Positions 1 through 14,064 of a stretch of DNA of 64,000 nucleotides are shown piece by piece. Source of the stretch: Octopus vulgaris (lineage: Eukaryota); the NCBI GenBank assembly GCA_951406725.2, contig OX597825.1:33542001-33606000 (forward strand), written 5' to 3'. The notes under the pieces were generated by a model. The model was not told where the DNA came from. It saw only the letters and a program-made list of their open reading frames with translations, and did no database searches. Every line of letters begins with the position of its first letter. Within the stretch, counting starts at the first letter, position 1. Made by a program: the position numbers and the translations under genes.

Positions 1-338
1 CTTTATTTTTTTAAAGTGGATTGGCAAAGATTAAGCATAATCTGCTTTAGAAGTGTGTTAATTTGTTCCCATATCTGTTAAATTTGCACTCTATAAACAT
101 TAGAATGTATAAATGATACAGTATGTTATGTCTTAAGAATTTTAAGTTGATTAGTAAGTATCAGACCCTGCTGTAGAAGTGTATTATTTGGAATCTTTTA
201 AATACAATTTGGTTCTTTACTTTTCAGAGTCTGTTTTATATTTTAAGTATATATTTAGACTGTCTCCAGAAAACCAGGAGATCCAGAAGTCTTGGATGCT
301 CCTAGTCCCAAGCTTGTCAGATAATTGGTCCTGCATTG
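1..338 (-). mobile_element. Tc1/mariner (Tigger/pogo-like) non-autonomous element, truncated by the window edge
   Basis: Reverse complement aligns with about 7415-7690 (shared gcttgggact...ttttctggagacagtctaaatatatacttaaaa); ends ...attg followed by TA. Confidence 0.6.
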
Positions 339-1269
339 TATATATCACCAGTGTATAGTTATATTTTTCTAAAGCCTTCAAAATGTTGATTATATTGAAA
401 TATTTATTGAAAGAAGTAGCCCGTCTATTCATTAGATATATAATCAGGTAAGAGTTAAATCTCTTCTGTGATCAGTATTATATTTTGATGTAGTAAATAT
501 TTTTGGTAATTAGTTGAAGAAAAACTGAGAGAATTAACCAAAGGCTGGTTAATTATTTAGTCAAGGGAACATCAAAAATATTACTAGAAATGTTTGTGGT
601 GAGGAAAACATTAACTCAATGACTAATGTAATTATTTAGTTAATGTTGCTTCCTCCTCCACTGAGTAGGAATTTCTGATGAGATTTTTGATACTCATTTT
701 ATTAAATGTGTGAACACTAACTTAACTATTGTTTTCTTGCAAATGATACTCCTGAATAACTAATCTCAGTGATATAGTTTCTAAGCTATTGGTGATTTTA
801 GTTAAAAAAATCTACCAAACTATGTATGCAGGAGATCCAAAAATTCTGTTAATCAACCCAGAACACATAAGACCTAGAACAGAGGCAGTACCTAAGAAAA
901 CCAACAGATTATATGCTTGCTTATCAGCCTGACTGAGATCTTCCATCACCCCATAAAGTACTCTTTGAAGATTGTCCAATAGAATAATAGAATGCTTAGA
1001 GAATTGCTAACTCCCTAAAAAGAGTTAACTTAATGATGCTAAATGCTGTTGTGATCTTGACTGAATTGTTAAATAACTTTTTATTAAATTCTTTAAGTCT
1101 TTTCACATGAGAATGATCATAAGTTAACAAATGTGGAAACTGACTGGGAGATTTTTACTGTCTCTAATACTAAACACAGTTTTTGGCAGCAGGGACAGAA
1201 GTATAACTGAAATATCCAACGTGGTGGTGCATCTGGTCTTTATCTTGAATTATACTTGTTACTTTTGAA

Positions 1270-1346
1270 TATATATGTGTATGTATGTGTGGGTGTGTAT
1301 ATGTATATGTGTGTCTGTATATGTATGTGCATATATGTATATCTGC

Positions 1347-1392
<46 letters not shown>

Positions 1393-1422
1393 GTGTGTTT
1401 GTGTATATATATATATATATAT
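1270..1422. repeat. Compound (TA)n/(TG)n microsatellite
   Basis: Directly visible; source of the YIYI/VCVC pseudo-ORFs. Confidence 0.95.
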
Positions 1423-1837
1423 CTCCACAATCACCTCCTTTCTGTGCTTTCTCTCCTCTCTGTTGTTCTCCATCATTAACACCTACCACACTTATGTACT
1501 CTCACCTATCACAACATCTGCCCCCTCCACCAAGACTCTCATATTTAACTCTATTTAGTTCTCTCTATCACCACACCTATTCTCACTACTCCAATGACTC
1601 CTGATGGTATATCCTGACATCTTTGCCACCATCTCTCTCATTATTGGTCTCTTTCTTTTACTCTAACTTACCCTCCCTTCTTTTACAGCTGGAGTTATGA
1701 TGTATCTACTCTACAGCATGACACCTATTACTGTCCCTCTGTCCCTCTTATCAACTGGCACAAAACCCCTCCTCCCCCGCACACTACTAATCCTTCCTCC
1801 GAGTTGAAGGGATTTTTGTCTTGTAAATTACTTAAAA

Positions 1838-2067
1838 TGCACTGGTGCTGATGCAACATAAAAAACACCGGTGCTGGTGTTGCATAAAAAGCACTGGTGT
1901 CAGTGTTATGTAAAAAGCACCCAATACACTCAATAAAGTGGTTGATATTAGGAAGGGCATCCAGCCATAAAAAAAAACATGCCAAAACAGACAATGGAGC
2001 CTGGTGCAGCTCCTGGCCTTATCAGCTCCTGTCAAGCAGTCCAACCCTGCCAGCATAGAAAGCAGAT
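1838..2067 (+). mobile_element. RTE-tailed (GAT-tail) SINE-like element, 3' end replaced by a duplicated segment
   Basis: aaaagcaccc...ttaggaagggcatccagc...ccagcatagaaagcaga; three short internal units at 1838-1921; pyrimidine-rich 5' extension from about 1700. Confidence 0.75.
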
Positions 2068-2524
2068 TATATGCATGCTTATCAGCCTGACTGAGATCTT
2101 CCATCACCCCATAAAGTACTCTTTGAAGGTTGTCCAATAGAATAATAGAATGCTTAGAGAATTACTAACTCCCTAAAAAGAGTTAACTTAATGATGCTAA
2201 ATGCTGTTGCGATCTTGACTGAATTGTTAAATAATTTTTCATTAAATTCTGCAAGTTTTTCACATGAGTGAAAATAGTGATATGTGTGTATTATGTGTGC
2301 ATGTATACATATATATGTATGTATGTATGTATGTATGCACGCACACATGCATAGATGCATGTATTGTTTATCTTGTACTTGTTTCAGTCACTTGCCTTGA
2401 AGAAGTCTTTAGTCGAATGAACCAAACTCAGTATCTTTTTTAAGCCTGGTACTTGTTTTACTGGCCTTTTTTGCTGAACCACTACGTTATGGGGACACAA
2501 ACACACACGAATATGTTTGTTCAT

Positions 2525-2575
2525 GTGTGTGTTTGTGTGTGTGTGTGTGTGTGTGTATATGCATGTGCATTTAAC

Positions 2576-2650
<75 letters not shown>

Positions 2651-2655
2651 GTGTG
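2525..2655. repeat. Compound (TG)n-(TC)n-(TA)n microsatellite
   Basis: Directly visible. Confidence 0.95.
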
Positions 2656-4256
2656 TAAAACTTGCAAAAAAACAGAACAAGAAAAGAAAAAGTAATTTAC
2701 ATATTATACAGGCGGACCGAGAACCAGTTTTATCCAAAATCTTTTGATGGATAGCCTGAAATTCTAGTCCACAAATTGTAGGTCTGCAAGCAAAAAGTTT
2801 TTAGAGTACTCTGAAGCAATTTTGTGTGAGGTCATTTGAAAATGTCATGTGAGCTGAGAGAACGTATATTGAGGATAAATGAATGGCTGAAGTGAAAAAT
2901 TTGAAACTGCATTCATCTTTGCATCTTTTTGTTTTGATCTATTATAGTTAATCCAAAACATCAATCTTAGCAGTATTTGATATTAGAAATATGAGATAGC
3001 AAACTAAATGGTATAAACCTTGTAAGTCATCACTCTTCTTTAAGCACCGGCTCTCTTTGCAATATTGAAATATAATATTGGTTGTTTAACCCTCGGCCCC
3101 TAAACAAGCAGGCCTACGACCAAAGGTGTTTTAGTTGCCTGTGGCTATCCTGTATACCAATTTCTGCATTGTTCTGTGTATCTTGCTTTGTTAAAAACGG
3201 TTGAGAGTAATTTGAAGAAAGTTTGGCTGCTATTTTGAGTGAAGAAGATGGAATGACTATGTAGAAGTTCCCTTTTCAGTTCGTTATTATATCAGTATGA
3301 AAGGAAAATGTGTGAAAGAAATTAATGAAGGTGGAAAATGAATACTTTTGGAGAAATCAAAAACCAAATTCTAAAAACTCATTTAAATAAAATGAGCATT
3401 ATCCCTGCCATTAATGAATTTGCATTAATCAGCCATAAACATATAAGCTGTGTAGTATTGGATTACAATGATACAGAATGAGATGCAAATAGTTTGAAAC
3501 AGAAACCTATTGAAAAAAAATGAGAAATGTCATGTACAGTACAACAAATCAGACATTCAACAATTGTAGTTTTGAAGAAGAAAAGGTTGCTGAGGGCAGT
3601 TTAATGTTCCTGTCTTTAAAATTTACCAGAAAATCTGCTGTGCAACCATTGTGGTATATTGTTAGATGAAAAGTTAATAATGCAACATTAATCCAGTGAT
3701 ATGATTTTCATGTGAAATTCTGGCAGAGTTTTTCATAGCTAATATCTTAAGCTAAAGTATTTACAGTTGATTTTCTTCTCTAGCTCCATCACAGCCCTGA
3801 ACAAACATCTCTTATTTTCAGACATTTTATTTAGGACCACAATGTCCATTGTATTCCCGCCTTCCTGCTTTTCTTTTTCTTTTAAGGTGGTAGGATTTCT
3901 ATCTTCCCATTTTCAATCAGGCTTGGACTGACCTGAGACAATGGTAGAAGACCTTGCTGAAAGTGTAGCACAATAGGATCAAATACAGTATCTTATGATT
4001 GCTCTAAACTGAACTTCTTAACAATTTGGCCATATATACACCATACAAGTGTTTGTACACAAAACATGTACACAAGCTGTTCCCCATGTGTTGGATCTAT
4101 GTAAGAAAAAAAAATTAAGTGTTTCTTTTAATATATGCAGTTCATTGTCATCTTTATTAAACTCTTATGATTCTATCAGTTCACTACTTTAAAGAAAAGT
4201 TACCTTACCAGGAGTTCTAAACATTTTTTGTGACAGCAAATTGGTGGAATCATTAA

Positions 4257-4476
4257 CCGTTTAGCATTTAGATTACTTTGTCAAATGCAATGCTTATGTA
4301 TTCACATTGCTTTTAATTAATCATGCATTATCTCATAGCTCCAAGATTTTGATGATGTTATTGTTTATTTTTAGAATGACATTGTAGGGAAGGTGTGAGA
4401 GGCCAGATCTAACCTGTTTGAACATAAAACAGGTAGAATATTTGGGCCAAATATGGCTTGTTTAAATGCTAAAGGG
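4257..4476 (+). mobile_element. TTAA-flanked piggyBac-like MITE
   Basis: TTAA|ccgtttagcattta ... taaatgctaaaggg|ATAA; interrupts a family-B SINE head; further copies at 15929, 25821 and 48822. Confidence 0.8.
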
Positions 4477-6395
4477 ATAAAGGTTTGGAGAGAGTGCCTT
4501 GCAGTATTTATTTACAGCACTTTACATTCTGAGTTGAAATCCTATGAAGTCAATTTGCTTTTTGTTCCAAGTGAGCTCTTATATGTCATTTTCCTCTGGC
4601 CCTAGTTTTGTTAGTGACCACCAAACTACTGTGCATGGTACCCTGATAAAGCTTTTTCTCAGGACAACAAATGCCAGGAATGGTCATTTGTTATTGGCTA
4701 AGAACTTCACCTGTAGTTACATCTCTAAGAAGAGAGCATCAGTAGTCCCTTATTTTGGTAATATCCAAACAACCTGTCTTCTTGGCTAATTCTCTCTTTG
4801 ATTAGCATTGGTATAACTCTGCTACTTTCACAGCCTGGTCAGTTTAATATCTTCTGAAACTTTTCTGTGGTTGCTCAGTCTGCCAGAAAAAGCAGTTAAA
4901 TTCTCAGAAATCCCATCCACCATCTTAAATAAATAAGGATACATTAGAAAGCATAGTCCTTGGAATATAGGTTTTGATGGTCATAGTTGGAATGGCTTTG
5001 ACCTGGGACTGAGCAATAACCTCATTGTGTATGCTCATAACCAGCATGTGTTACTTGAATAAATGGAAATCTTTTGTATCTTAGTAATTATTCCTGTAAA
5101 GTCTGTTGTTTTCCTTTTATTCATAGCCCAACAACCTTTGTATAGAAGTAATCATCAATAGCTGGTCCCTCTGTTGGGTTCACTTGGAGTTTAACTTTTT
5201 TATACACCTACACATTCTCCTCATTTAGCAATCACTCATAGTATCATTTCCATGCCTCTTTCCTTCTAAGTATCAGCAAGGGTAGCAGCATCACTATAAT
5301 TCTGTATGCATCCCCTCAATGATTTATCCTGATACATTTCATGCCTTGTTCCTCATGGTATAAGTGACTCATAAAAAAACAATTGTTTGCTTGTCTGTTG
5401 GTGGTCACTGTTGGTGTTGTGTCCTTTACAATCCAAATTTAATTATTCTGTTGCATACTCTACTCAGCAAAGAACGCTAAACAACAAAATGAAGTAATTC
5501 TAATAGAGACTACAGGTAGAATCAAACAGTCTTCCTCTTCCTGTGTTCCACATAGAACACACTTATAGAAGATGGTAAGTAGATAACTGAAGTGATTTTG
5601 ATGAAGATTTAGGATTTATCCAGGTCAGGTCACTAGATAAACTTTTAACCTGACAGTTCTTTTTTTTTTTTTTGTATTTTAAAAAAATTATGTGTATACA
5701 TGATACTATTGTCATTATTACACTGACTTATTAATTGCAGGGAACATAAAAATAATCTATTTGTGGATATTTTGAAGCTGTTTTGCAAAGAACTGACAGT
5801 ACATCAAGTCATTAGTGTAAACGATATAGGGGTTTTAGGTAAAACATTGGGATGGAATTTGAGTTTAATAGATCTTGTAAATGAGTAGTGAGGAAAATGC
5901 TTGTAAGTGATAGGGTGCAATTAATTACCTAATGAGAATGTTAAAAAACGAAAAACTGATAGGTTCAGAAATCTGATAGTACACTATAATTAGGTATGAT
6001 GGAATCAGATAAGATAAAGGAAATTTAAGATTTGTTAGAAATAAATACCAGTTTTTCAGGAATAATACTCAGCTGGGCAGTCATATTAGCTAGAAGAACT
6101 GTCTCATTTTAACATCATGAAACTATTCTCTAATCTGCTTCTTATAATTCCAGTTGCTTTATAAGAATGTAAATTGACCCCAGTTATTGTTTGGTAAGTT
6201 TATTTAACTGCAGAACGCTGAGTGGCAAAGTTGCCTCTGGTAGGATTTGAACTTAGAATGTAAATGTTATCATTACATACCATATAGCAGTAGCTCCTAA
6301 CCCTTTTTGCAACAGCATTTTCAAAGATTGGGGAATCATATGCATAGCAAAACACAAAATGCATGATGTATAATTTAATTATTACATATATAATA

Positions 6396-6763
6396 CATGG
6401 CTGTGTGGTAAGGATCTTGCTTCCCAACCACATGGTTCAGAGTTCAGTCCCACTGTGTGGCACCTTGGGCGAGTGTCTTCTACTTTAACCCTGAGCCAAC
6501 CAAAGCCTTGTGGATTTTGGTGGTTGGAAACCAAAAGAAGCCCATTGTGTATATGCGTATATACGTGTATGTGTATCTGTGTTTGTTCCCCCCTCCCCCA
6601 CTGCTTGGCAATCAATGCTGGTGTGTTTATGTCCCAGTAACTTAGTGGTTCAACAAAAGGGACCAATAGTAAGTACCAAGCTTTTAAAAAAAATTAGTCC
6701 TAAAAGTTTTTCAAGATGGTGCCCCAGCATGGCTGCAGTCTAATAACTGAAACAAGTAAAAGA
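6396..6763 (+). mobile_element. tRNA-derived SINE, family A
   Basis: A-box-like tggctgtgtggtaag, B-box-like gttcagtccc, ccttgggcgagtgtc motif, internal microsatellite, tail actgaaacaagtaaaaga. Confidence 0.85.
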
Positions 6764-7414
6764 TATAATGTAAATAGTACATATATAATGCAAAAAACCC
6801 CATGCAGACTGCAATTTTCAAAATTTCAAAATTTATTCTTCCATCTATCAGAAGGTTTTGACCAGATCTAACCATTGTACTGTTATGGATTTCTTGTAAC
6901 AATGCACGGAATCTAAATTTCATTTAGACAGTATTTTCCTTGTGGCAATATTTAGGAAGTGAAATGAAACTCATCGCAGTTCAGCTGTTTTTCACTGCCA
7001 ATCTGTCTGAAACCTTATGTCTTATAATACAACACTGTTCATTTTAAAATGTTTATATGAGGAGAACTCACCATTATAATTTTATGAAAGAATCTTTTTG
7101 GTTTAACTAAGTCAGGTATTGTAATAAATCCTTCTGAATTCATGGTTTTTAATAAAAGAATTAATTTAAGCAACAAATGGATTTGTATTTCAAAAGGTAT
7201 ATAGTGAAAAAAAAAAAAAAAAAAAAGGTACAGACACAACTTATTTTGATCAGAAACTTATTCTGCTCAGGGAAGTCAGTGTCGATCTGTCATGTGACAA
7301 AATATTGAAAGATGTACTGTAAAATAAATAGAATATTTTTAAAATGTGTAAAATACACATTGAAATTCTATATGTCTTAATAACCTCTTTATTTATTGAA
7401 TACAGAAATAAATA

Positions 7415-7958
7415 TAATATCAGATTAAATATTTGACATGCTTGGGACTGGAAGAGGCATAGATTTCTGGATTTTCCAGTTTTCTGGAGACAGTCTAAAT
7501 ATATACTTAAAAGGTAAAATAAACTCTGAAGCATAAAGCACTAAATTGTATTTTATGGATTCAAATTAATACACTTCCAAAGCAAAATCTGTTTGATATT
7601 TATTTATTTATCTACTTAAAATTCTTAAAATATATCAATACTGTATCATATATACAGTATAGTGTTTATAGAATGAAAATTGAATGAAGAAAAGTAACGA
7701 TTATGATTTTATTTAACAGGTAAAGGTAGAAATTAATATACTTGTAATGCAGAATATGTTTAATCTATATCAATCCACTTAAGAAAAAATGGTAAAGAAC
7801 AAATTTTTTTAACATACTGTATGCAAATTAACTGACTTCAAAAACAGAGTATGTTTACTTGATACAGGGTATATTATATTGCATGACATTGCACAATATT
7901 CCCAGATTTCTGAAAATTCTAGATCTCTAGAAGAAGCTGGATAAGAAGTCCAGTATTG
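7415..7958 (+). mobile_element. Tc1/mariner (Tigger/pogo-like) MITE, degenerate
   Basis: TA flanks; degenerate terminal inverted similarity (right end ctggataagaagtccagtattg-TA); second copy at 1-338. Confidence 0.55.
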
Positions 7959-8055
7959 TACTTGATAATTTTTCTATAATGTCTGTCTTCTCTGTCTGTG
8001 TGTCTGTGTATTTATGTCAAAAATACACTTCTTGTCTAACATATCTTTTCACATA

Positions 8056-8450
8056 GGCGCAGGAGTGGCTGTGTGGTAAGTAGCTTGCTAACCAACCACA
8101 TGGTTCCGGGTTCCAGTCCCACTGCGTGGCACCTTGGGCAAGTGTCTCTTACTATAGCCTCGGGCCGACCAAAGCCTTGTGAGTGGATTTGGTAGATGGA
8201 AACTGAAAGAAGCCTGTCGTATATATATATATATATATGCATGTGTGTGTTTGTCCCCCTAGCATTGCTTGACAACCGATGCTAGTGTGTTTATGTCCCC
8301 GTTACTTAGCGGTTCGGCAAAAGAGACCGATAGAATAAGTACTGGGCTTACAAAGAATAAGTCCCGGAGTCGAGTTGCTCGATTAAAGGCGGTGCTCCAG
8401 CACGGCCGCAGTCAAATGACTGAAACAAGTAAAAGAGTAAAAGAGTAAAG
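8056..8450 (+). mobile_element. tRNA-derived SINE, family A, near-intact copy
   Basis: ggcgcaggagtggctgtgtggtaagtagcttg head; internal (TA)n; (gtaaaaga)n tail; nearly identical to the copies at 24493 and 49005. Confidence 0.92.
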
Positions 8451-8515
8451 TGCACCAAAATGTTTGCTCTAAAGTGTGCTGAAAATGAAAAGAAGTTTGG
8501 GAAATTATTGATTAG

Positions 8516-8842
8516 GGGCACAGGTATGACAGTGTGGTTTAAGATTCCCAACCATTTGGTTCTAGGTCCAGTCACACTGCGTGGTATCTTACGTAAGCAT
8601 CTTCAGCTCTCTATGTGTGTCTGTGTGTCTCCTTGACTGGGCATTACACGATAGTTGTAAATGATCATTGCTGTCATCTAAGCAATGTCATTCATTTTCA
8701 ATATTCTGCAAGAACATGTCTGTGTCTGGTTATTGGGTGTGGTGTATTACCTTGCTTTGAGGTGAGGGATGAAAACAGGAGAAGCATCTGCTTCAACTCC
8801 ATTTGACCCATACCAGCATGGAAAAGTGGATGTGATGATGAT
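8516..8842 (+). mobile_element. Family-A head joined to alternative body with RTE-type GAT tail (A2 chimera)
   Basis: Head similar to 8056; body ccttgactgggcattacacgatagttgtaaatga...; tail acccataccagcatggaaaagtggatgtgatgatg. Confidence 0.7.
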
Positions 8843-9410
8843 AATCTAGATAAAAACAATAACAAAGAAAAGTTCTTTGGTAATCTGCAGTGATTTCTGT
8901 TGTACATGTTATTGATGTTCATTGCAATTTTTTGATAGTAGATATAGATTTTCTTGATGTTAAGCTGAATTCTACCAGATATATTTTATTTCCCTACCAC
9001 ATTATTGGAATATAAGATATAGTAAATACTTTGTTCCATGATGGCGTCTATAAATCATATATACATACATCCAATAATTTTTTTGCTATTTTGGTTTTAG
9101 GCTAGACATCCCACTAAATCTAGATCTCTGACCCATTTTCTACTTTAAAATGCCACAAAGATCAACTTTCAACTCTTTTCCCACCGTGGTTGTCACTTAG
9201 TGCTTGGTTAAAAAGTAATCATTAATGTTGTTATTTATTGGGTCATATTTGTCATAAGGCAGAACTTTACCCTGTATTTATTAATGTATAGAAAATATTT
9301 ATTAAGATCTTTTGTTTCTATGAAAAGAGTTATTGGGTTGAATGACAAATCTGCTCAATTGCTATCATTATCGTTAAAGAATAGTAATGGATTGGTAGAA
9401 TTGTTAGACA

Positions 9411-9781
9411 GGTGCAGAAGTGGCAGTGTGGTAAGAAGCTTGCTTCCCAACCACAAGGTTCCAGGTTCAGTCCCATTGTGTGGCATCTTGGGCAAGTGTC
9501 TCCTACTATAGCCTCCGGCCGACCAAAGCCTCGTGAGTGGATTTGGGAGATGGGAACTGAAAGAAACCTGTCATATAAATATTTGTGTGTCTCCCCACCA
9601 TCGCTTGACAACCAATGTTGGTGTGTTTATGTCCCCATAACTTAGCAGTTCAGCACAAGAGACCGATAGAATAAGTACCAGGCTTACAAAGAATAAGTCC
9701 TGGAATCCATCTCTTCAACTAAAGGTGGAATTTCAACAGGGTCACAGTCAAATGACTGAAACAAGTAAAAGAATAAAAGAA
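9411..9781 (+). mobile_element. tRNA-derived SINE, family A
   Basis: Colinear with 8056-8450. Confidence 0.9.
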
Positions 9782-12700
9782 TACAGTCTCATAAAATGTC
9801 TTGAAGTCTTTATTCCAGCACTTTACATTTTGAATTCAAATACTGCCAAAATCAATTTACTTTTCATCTTGTTGAGGTCAATAGAATAAAATGCCAGTCC
9901 AGTACTGAGGTTGATGTGATCAACTTGCCACCTATCCTTAAAATTGCTGGCCTTGTGCTAAATTTTGAGAATCTATCTTTAAAAGAATTCCTTTTATATT
10001 TAGGTTACTTTGCTTTCATTGCTGGATGAATCTTGAAACTGCACAAAACTTGGAAAGAGTTAGAATGGAAGGGCCTAGATAGAATGAAAATTCTTCTTTG
10101 TAGAAACCTTCAACATTTAATTGCATCTGCAGTAAAATGATCAAGTTCAGTATGTAGGAAGACCAGTCCCCAAAAGTCAGATTCCTCTCCTCCTTAACTC
10201 TTGAATGTCGGGTGCTGTATAGTTGCAGTTTATATGAAACCTTCAACAATTGAAAAATCAAGAAACTGTGTATGATGTGTTGTGTGTGTCACTTTGAATG
10301 ACATTGATGGTGAGTGAATTAAAAAAAAACGACTATATTGTGTTGGAAATGATTAGAATGTATGAGTTTATAACTACACTGATGTAGACAGATAAATATG
10401 AATGATGTGCATATGAATGACATGTACTGAATAAAAAAAAAAACATTGAGAGAGAAATTTCTGAAACTTTTGCTTTTATTGATAGTAGGAAGGTTCATTC
10501 TCACTCACTCAACTGTAAAGGTATCGTAATGATAGAATAGCATTTAAGTGAATGATTGATAAGATACCGTATGATGATAGCATTAAAGTGAATTATTAAC
10601 AGTGAAGGCAATGATTGGAGAGATGAGAGATAAATATGATCCATTGGATGTGTACTATTGATCTAAAGACTTGAAGAATTTCGAATCTATCAAGACTGCA
10701 GCCATATTATTTATGTTATAGATTCCAGAGATAGAGACAGGATGAAAGTGAATATCAGAATGTGTGGTAGAGGAAGTATTAGCAACGATAGTTGAAAAAG
10801 AGATAGACAGTGTTTAATATAATGATGAAGATTTTGCTATTTAAATGGATGATGAAAAATTTGTTTCTGTTATTTTTGTTTCAAAGATTAGCAATTTAAA
10901 AAGCAAAATAGATTATCATGAAGGTTTTAACTTTGTTTCTAAAAATGGTGTAGCAATTTTCTTAAACTGTATTTTGCTGAAAAAGCGAAGAAGAAAAAAT
11001 ATGTCCACTTTTACAAGTTTAAAATGAACTATTTTTAATTTGCTAATTTTTGGCTACATTAGAATTTTGATTACAAAACCCCAGGAGGAGACTATATATC
11101 ATCATCATGTATATATAGTATTTTATACTCTGTACCCTTGTATATTTATTACTAAAGTAATGATAGAAATGTTGTAATTGATGGAAAATATCTAGTGAAT
11201 GGCTGATGAGATTTTGTTCCAGTGAAGGAAAGAAAGAGCTTTTGATTTAACAGCATGTTTTTTTTTAAAGTAATCTGTACCTTTTGGTTAACATTATTCA
11301 GGAAAGTAATTGGTTCCTTCTTAAACTGTAAAATATCCATAATTCTTCTCTTAAGTTTCTAAAATAAAGAATAGTTCCAAACTTTTGGAAATCAAAGTAG
11401 TAGTAGTTGTACTAAAGAAAATTTACTGCCTAAAAAATTACTGAATATAGGGTAGACAGAAGAATCAGTAGCAAAGTTGGAAACATCAAATGACATGCAA
11501 TCAACCATGTGTGTGCACACATACACACGAAAGTACTGCAAGTCATACAGGATATTTATTCACTAAAAAAAAAAAAAACGCAACTTATAACATTGTTTGT
11601 AGCATAATTAATACGCCCATATACAGATTACATATTCTGCTACGTAATGGAAACCATCTCATTAGTTAGGAACTAATTAGGAATAGCCAGAATGTAAAAG
11701 ATTTTCTTTCTACTTCCTTTGTTGTTGTTGATGATGTGAAAGAAATTATGACAAAAAAGAAAAAGTAATATAATGTAAGAAGAAATATGTTTTGAAGGAG
11801 GTAAGATTGAAACGAATAATTTTGAATACAATCTGGTTATGTCACATAAGGTCAAATTTGAGGCAAAATGAGACTGTCATTAGCTTGTTCTTAGGTTGGT
11901 TAGTTACCAAAATCTGTGAATTGGAAAACATGGTGAAAAAATACTGCCTGCTTAACAGATATTCCTTCCTTGGCTCCTAGGAATATTAGTTGAGTTATAG
12001 TGCAGGGCTATCTGTATGGGGTAAGAAGTTTACTTTCCAACTACATGATTTATGATTCAATCTCACTGCATAGCACTGTTAGCAAGCATTTTCCACTATA
12101 GCTTCTGGCTGACCAAAACCTTGTTGAATAGATATGATAGATGAAAACTGAAAAGAAGCCTGTCGTGTGTGTGTATATGTGTGTGCGTATGTTTGTGTAT
12201 ATTTGTGCGTATTCTTGTGTAGACATCATGTGATGGTTATAAATACGCATGACTCATCATAAAAGTGAGGTTCTTTTTGTCTCCAGTATTCTGTGAAAAA
12301 TATATCTAGCTATGAGAAAATATAACCATGCTTGGAACCAGGTAAGGGTTGTTACACGATTCATCTCATTTTAGGATTATATTAAATCTATTGTATCATT
12401 CTCCTTTTTAAAGACAAATTGGGTTTTATTCAAGAGTGATTTGGTTATTTCCAACAAAGGTTGAGTAACCTGTGTTGGCTAGTAAACCAGTTATTAATAT
12501 CTACTAGTATAAAATATGGCTTTTGTGTGTGTCTTTTATCTGAAAATCTGAACACTTATAAAATTGTGAAATTTTCAAGACTGCAACAGAAATAGTTTCT
12601 TCAGTAAGAATATTGGAAAATAATTTTCTCACAACTTGTAGTTCAAATGATTGGTTCATATGCCAAACAGCTAATGTTGGTGAGAATTTTTTTTTCATTG

Positions 12701-13655
12701 AATGATGATTATGATAAATTTAAAGATACCACCTGCATAAAAAGCAATTTAATTTAGTGTTAACATATTTAATGCAGAGTATGAAAAAGCTGATCAAAAT
12801 TGAATATCTGCTGAAAGAAAAAAAATTTTGTCAATGGCTGTCATCATCATTATTGTCATTTTTACAGCTACTTCTTTCCATTTTCACATGGATTGGATGA
12901 GATTGTTTAAGGCAGTATTCTGCAATGAGATGCATTTCCTGATGCCTCCATCCATGTTTTTGCATGCCAAATTGCTGTCAAACATTTTGTTTATGGGAAA
13001 CATAAATGTCACCTTTACCGAAAAATTCTTGATGCAAAAACATCTAGACACATACTTGTGTGTTTGTGTGTGTGTGTGTGTGTGAGAGAGAGGGATCAAT
13101 TTTGTCAGTTAACATCCATGTTTCATGCTAGCTTCACATTGGGACCAACTTCAAAACCTGTATGGTTGCAAAATGAACTTCTTTAGCACACGTTCATGTC
13201 TATGCTAGTAATTGTGGAGGACAACTGTAGGCATGTTTCAGCTTTATTATGACCTCATTAGCAAATAGCTGGCTTCAATAGTAAGGCTGTTTGACAGGCT
13301 TTGGTGGGGCCCAAGTAATGCATTGTACTCCAGTATCTGCTTTAGCTTGGTTTCTATGGTTAGGTGCCCTTCCTAACAGTAACAGCTTTACAGCATGTTA
13401 CTGGGTTTTATTTTTGGGCCATCAGCACTATTGAGGTTGCAGTGCAGCTTGCAAAAAATACAGATCTCAAGGAGGCAACTTTATGCTAAGAGATGAAGGA
13501 TAAAAAAAGGAGTATAGGTGAAAATAAGAGAGAAGAGGCAAGGGCAACACTAGTTTCTTGCTGTAGAGTAACTACATGACTACTCACATTTAGAAGAGAG
13601 GAGCTGGGAAGCAATAAAAATAATGGCAATGAAATATCAGGGTAGACCATGTATA

Positions 13656-14020
13656 TTCTTTTATTCGTTTGTCATTTGATTGCAGCCATGTTGGAGCACC
13701 ATCTTGAAGGGGTTTAGTAGAACAAATCAACCCCAGGACTTTTTTTTAAAGCTTAGTACTTATTCTATCAGTCTCTTTTGCAGAACTGTTAAGTTACAGG
13801 GATGTAAACACACCAACACTGGTTGTCAAAGGCACACATACACACATCTATATACACGACAAGCTTCTTTCAGTTTCCCTCTATCAAATCCACTTACAAG
13901 GCATTGGTCCTTTCAAGGTTATAGTAGAAGACACCTGACCAAGGTGCCATGCAGTGGAACTGAACCCAGAACCATGTGGTTGGGAAGCAAGTTTCTTACC
14001 ATGCAGTCACACCTGCACCT
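13656..14020 (-). mobile_element. tRNA-derived SINE, family A
   Basis: Reverse complement colinear with 8056-8450. Confidence 0.85.
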
Positions 14021-14064
14021 ATGCACACAGCTACACCTGTACTTAAGCACACAGTCACCCTGCA

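Noticed and set aside
1170-1604. Cluster of ORFs rich in YI, VC and HT (similar ones at 2384, 24517, 39320, 40915, 55192)
   Set aside because: Translations of dinucleotide microsatellites.
10016-10840. Possible LINE endonuclease relic on the minus strand
   Set aside because: Only vague resemblance; I could not recover ordered diagnostic motifs by eye. A translated search would be needed.
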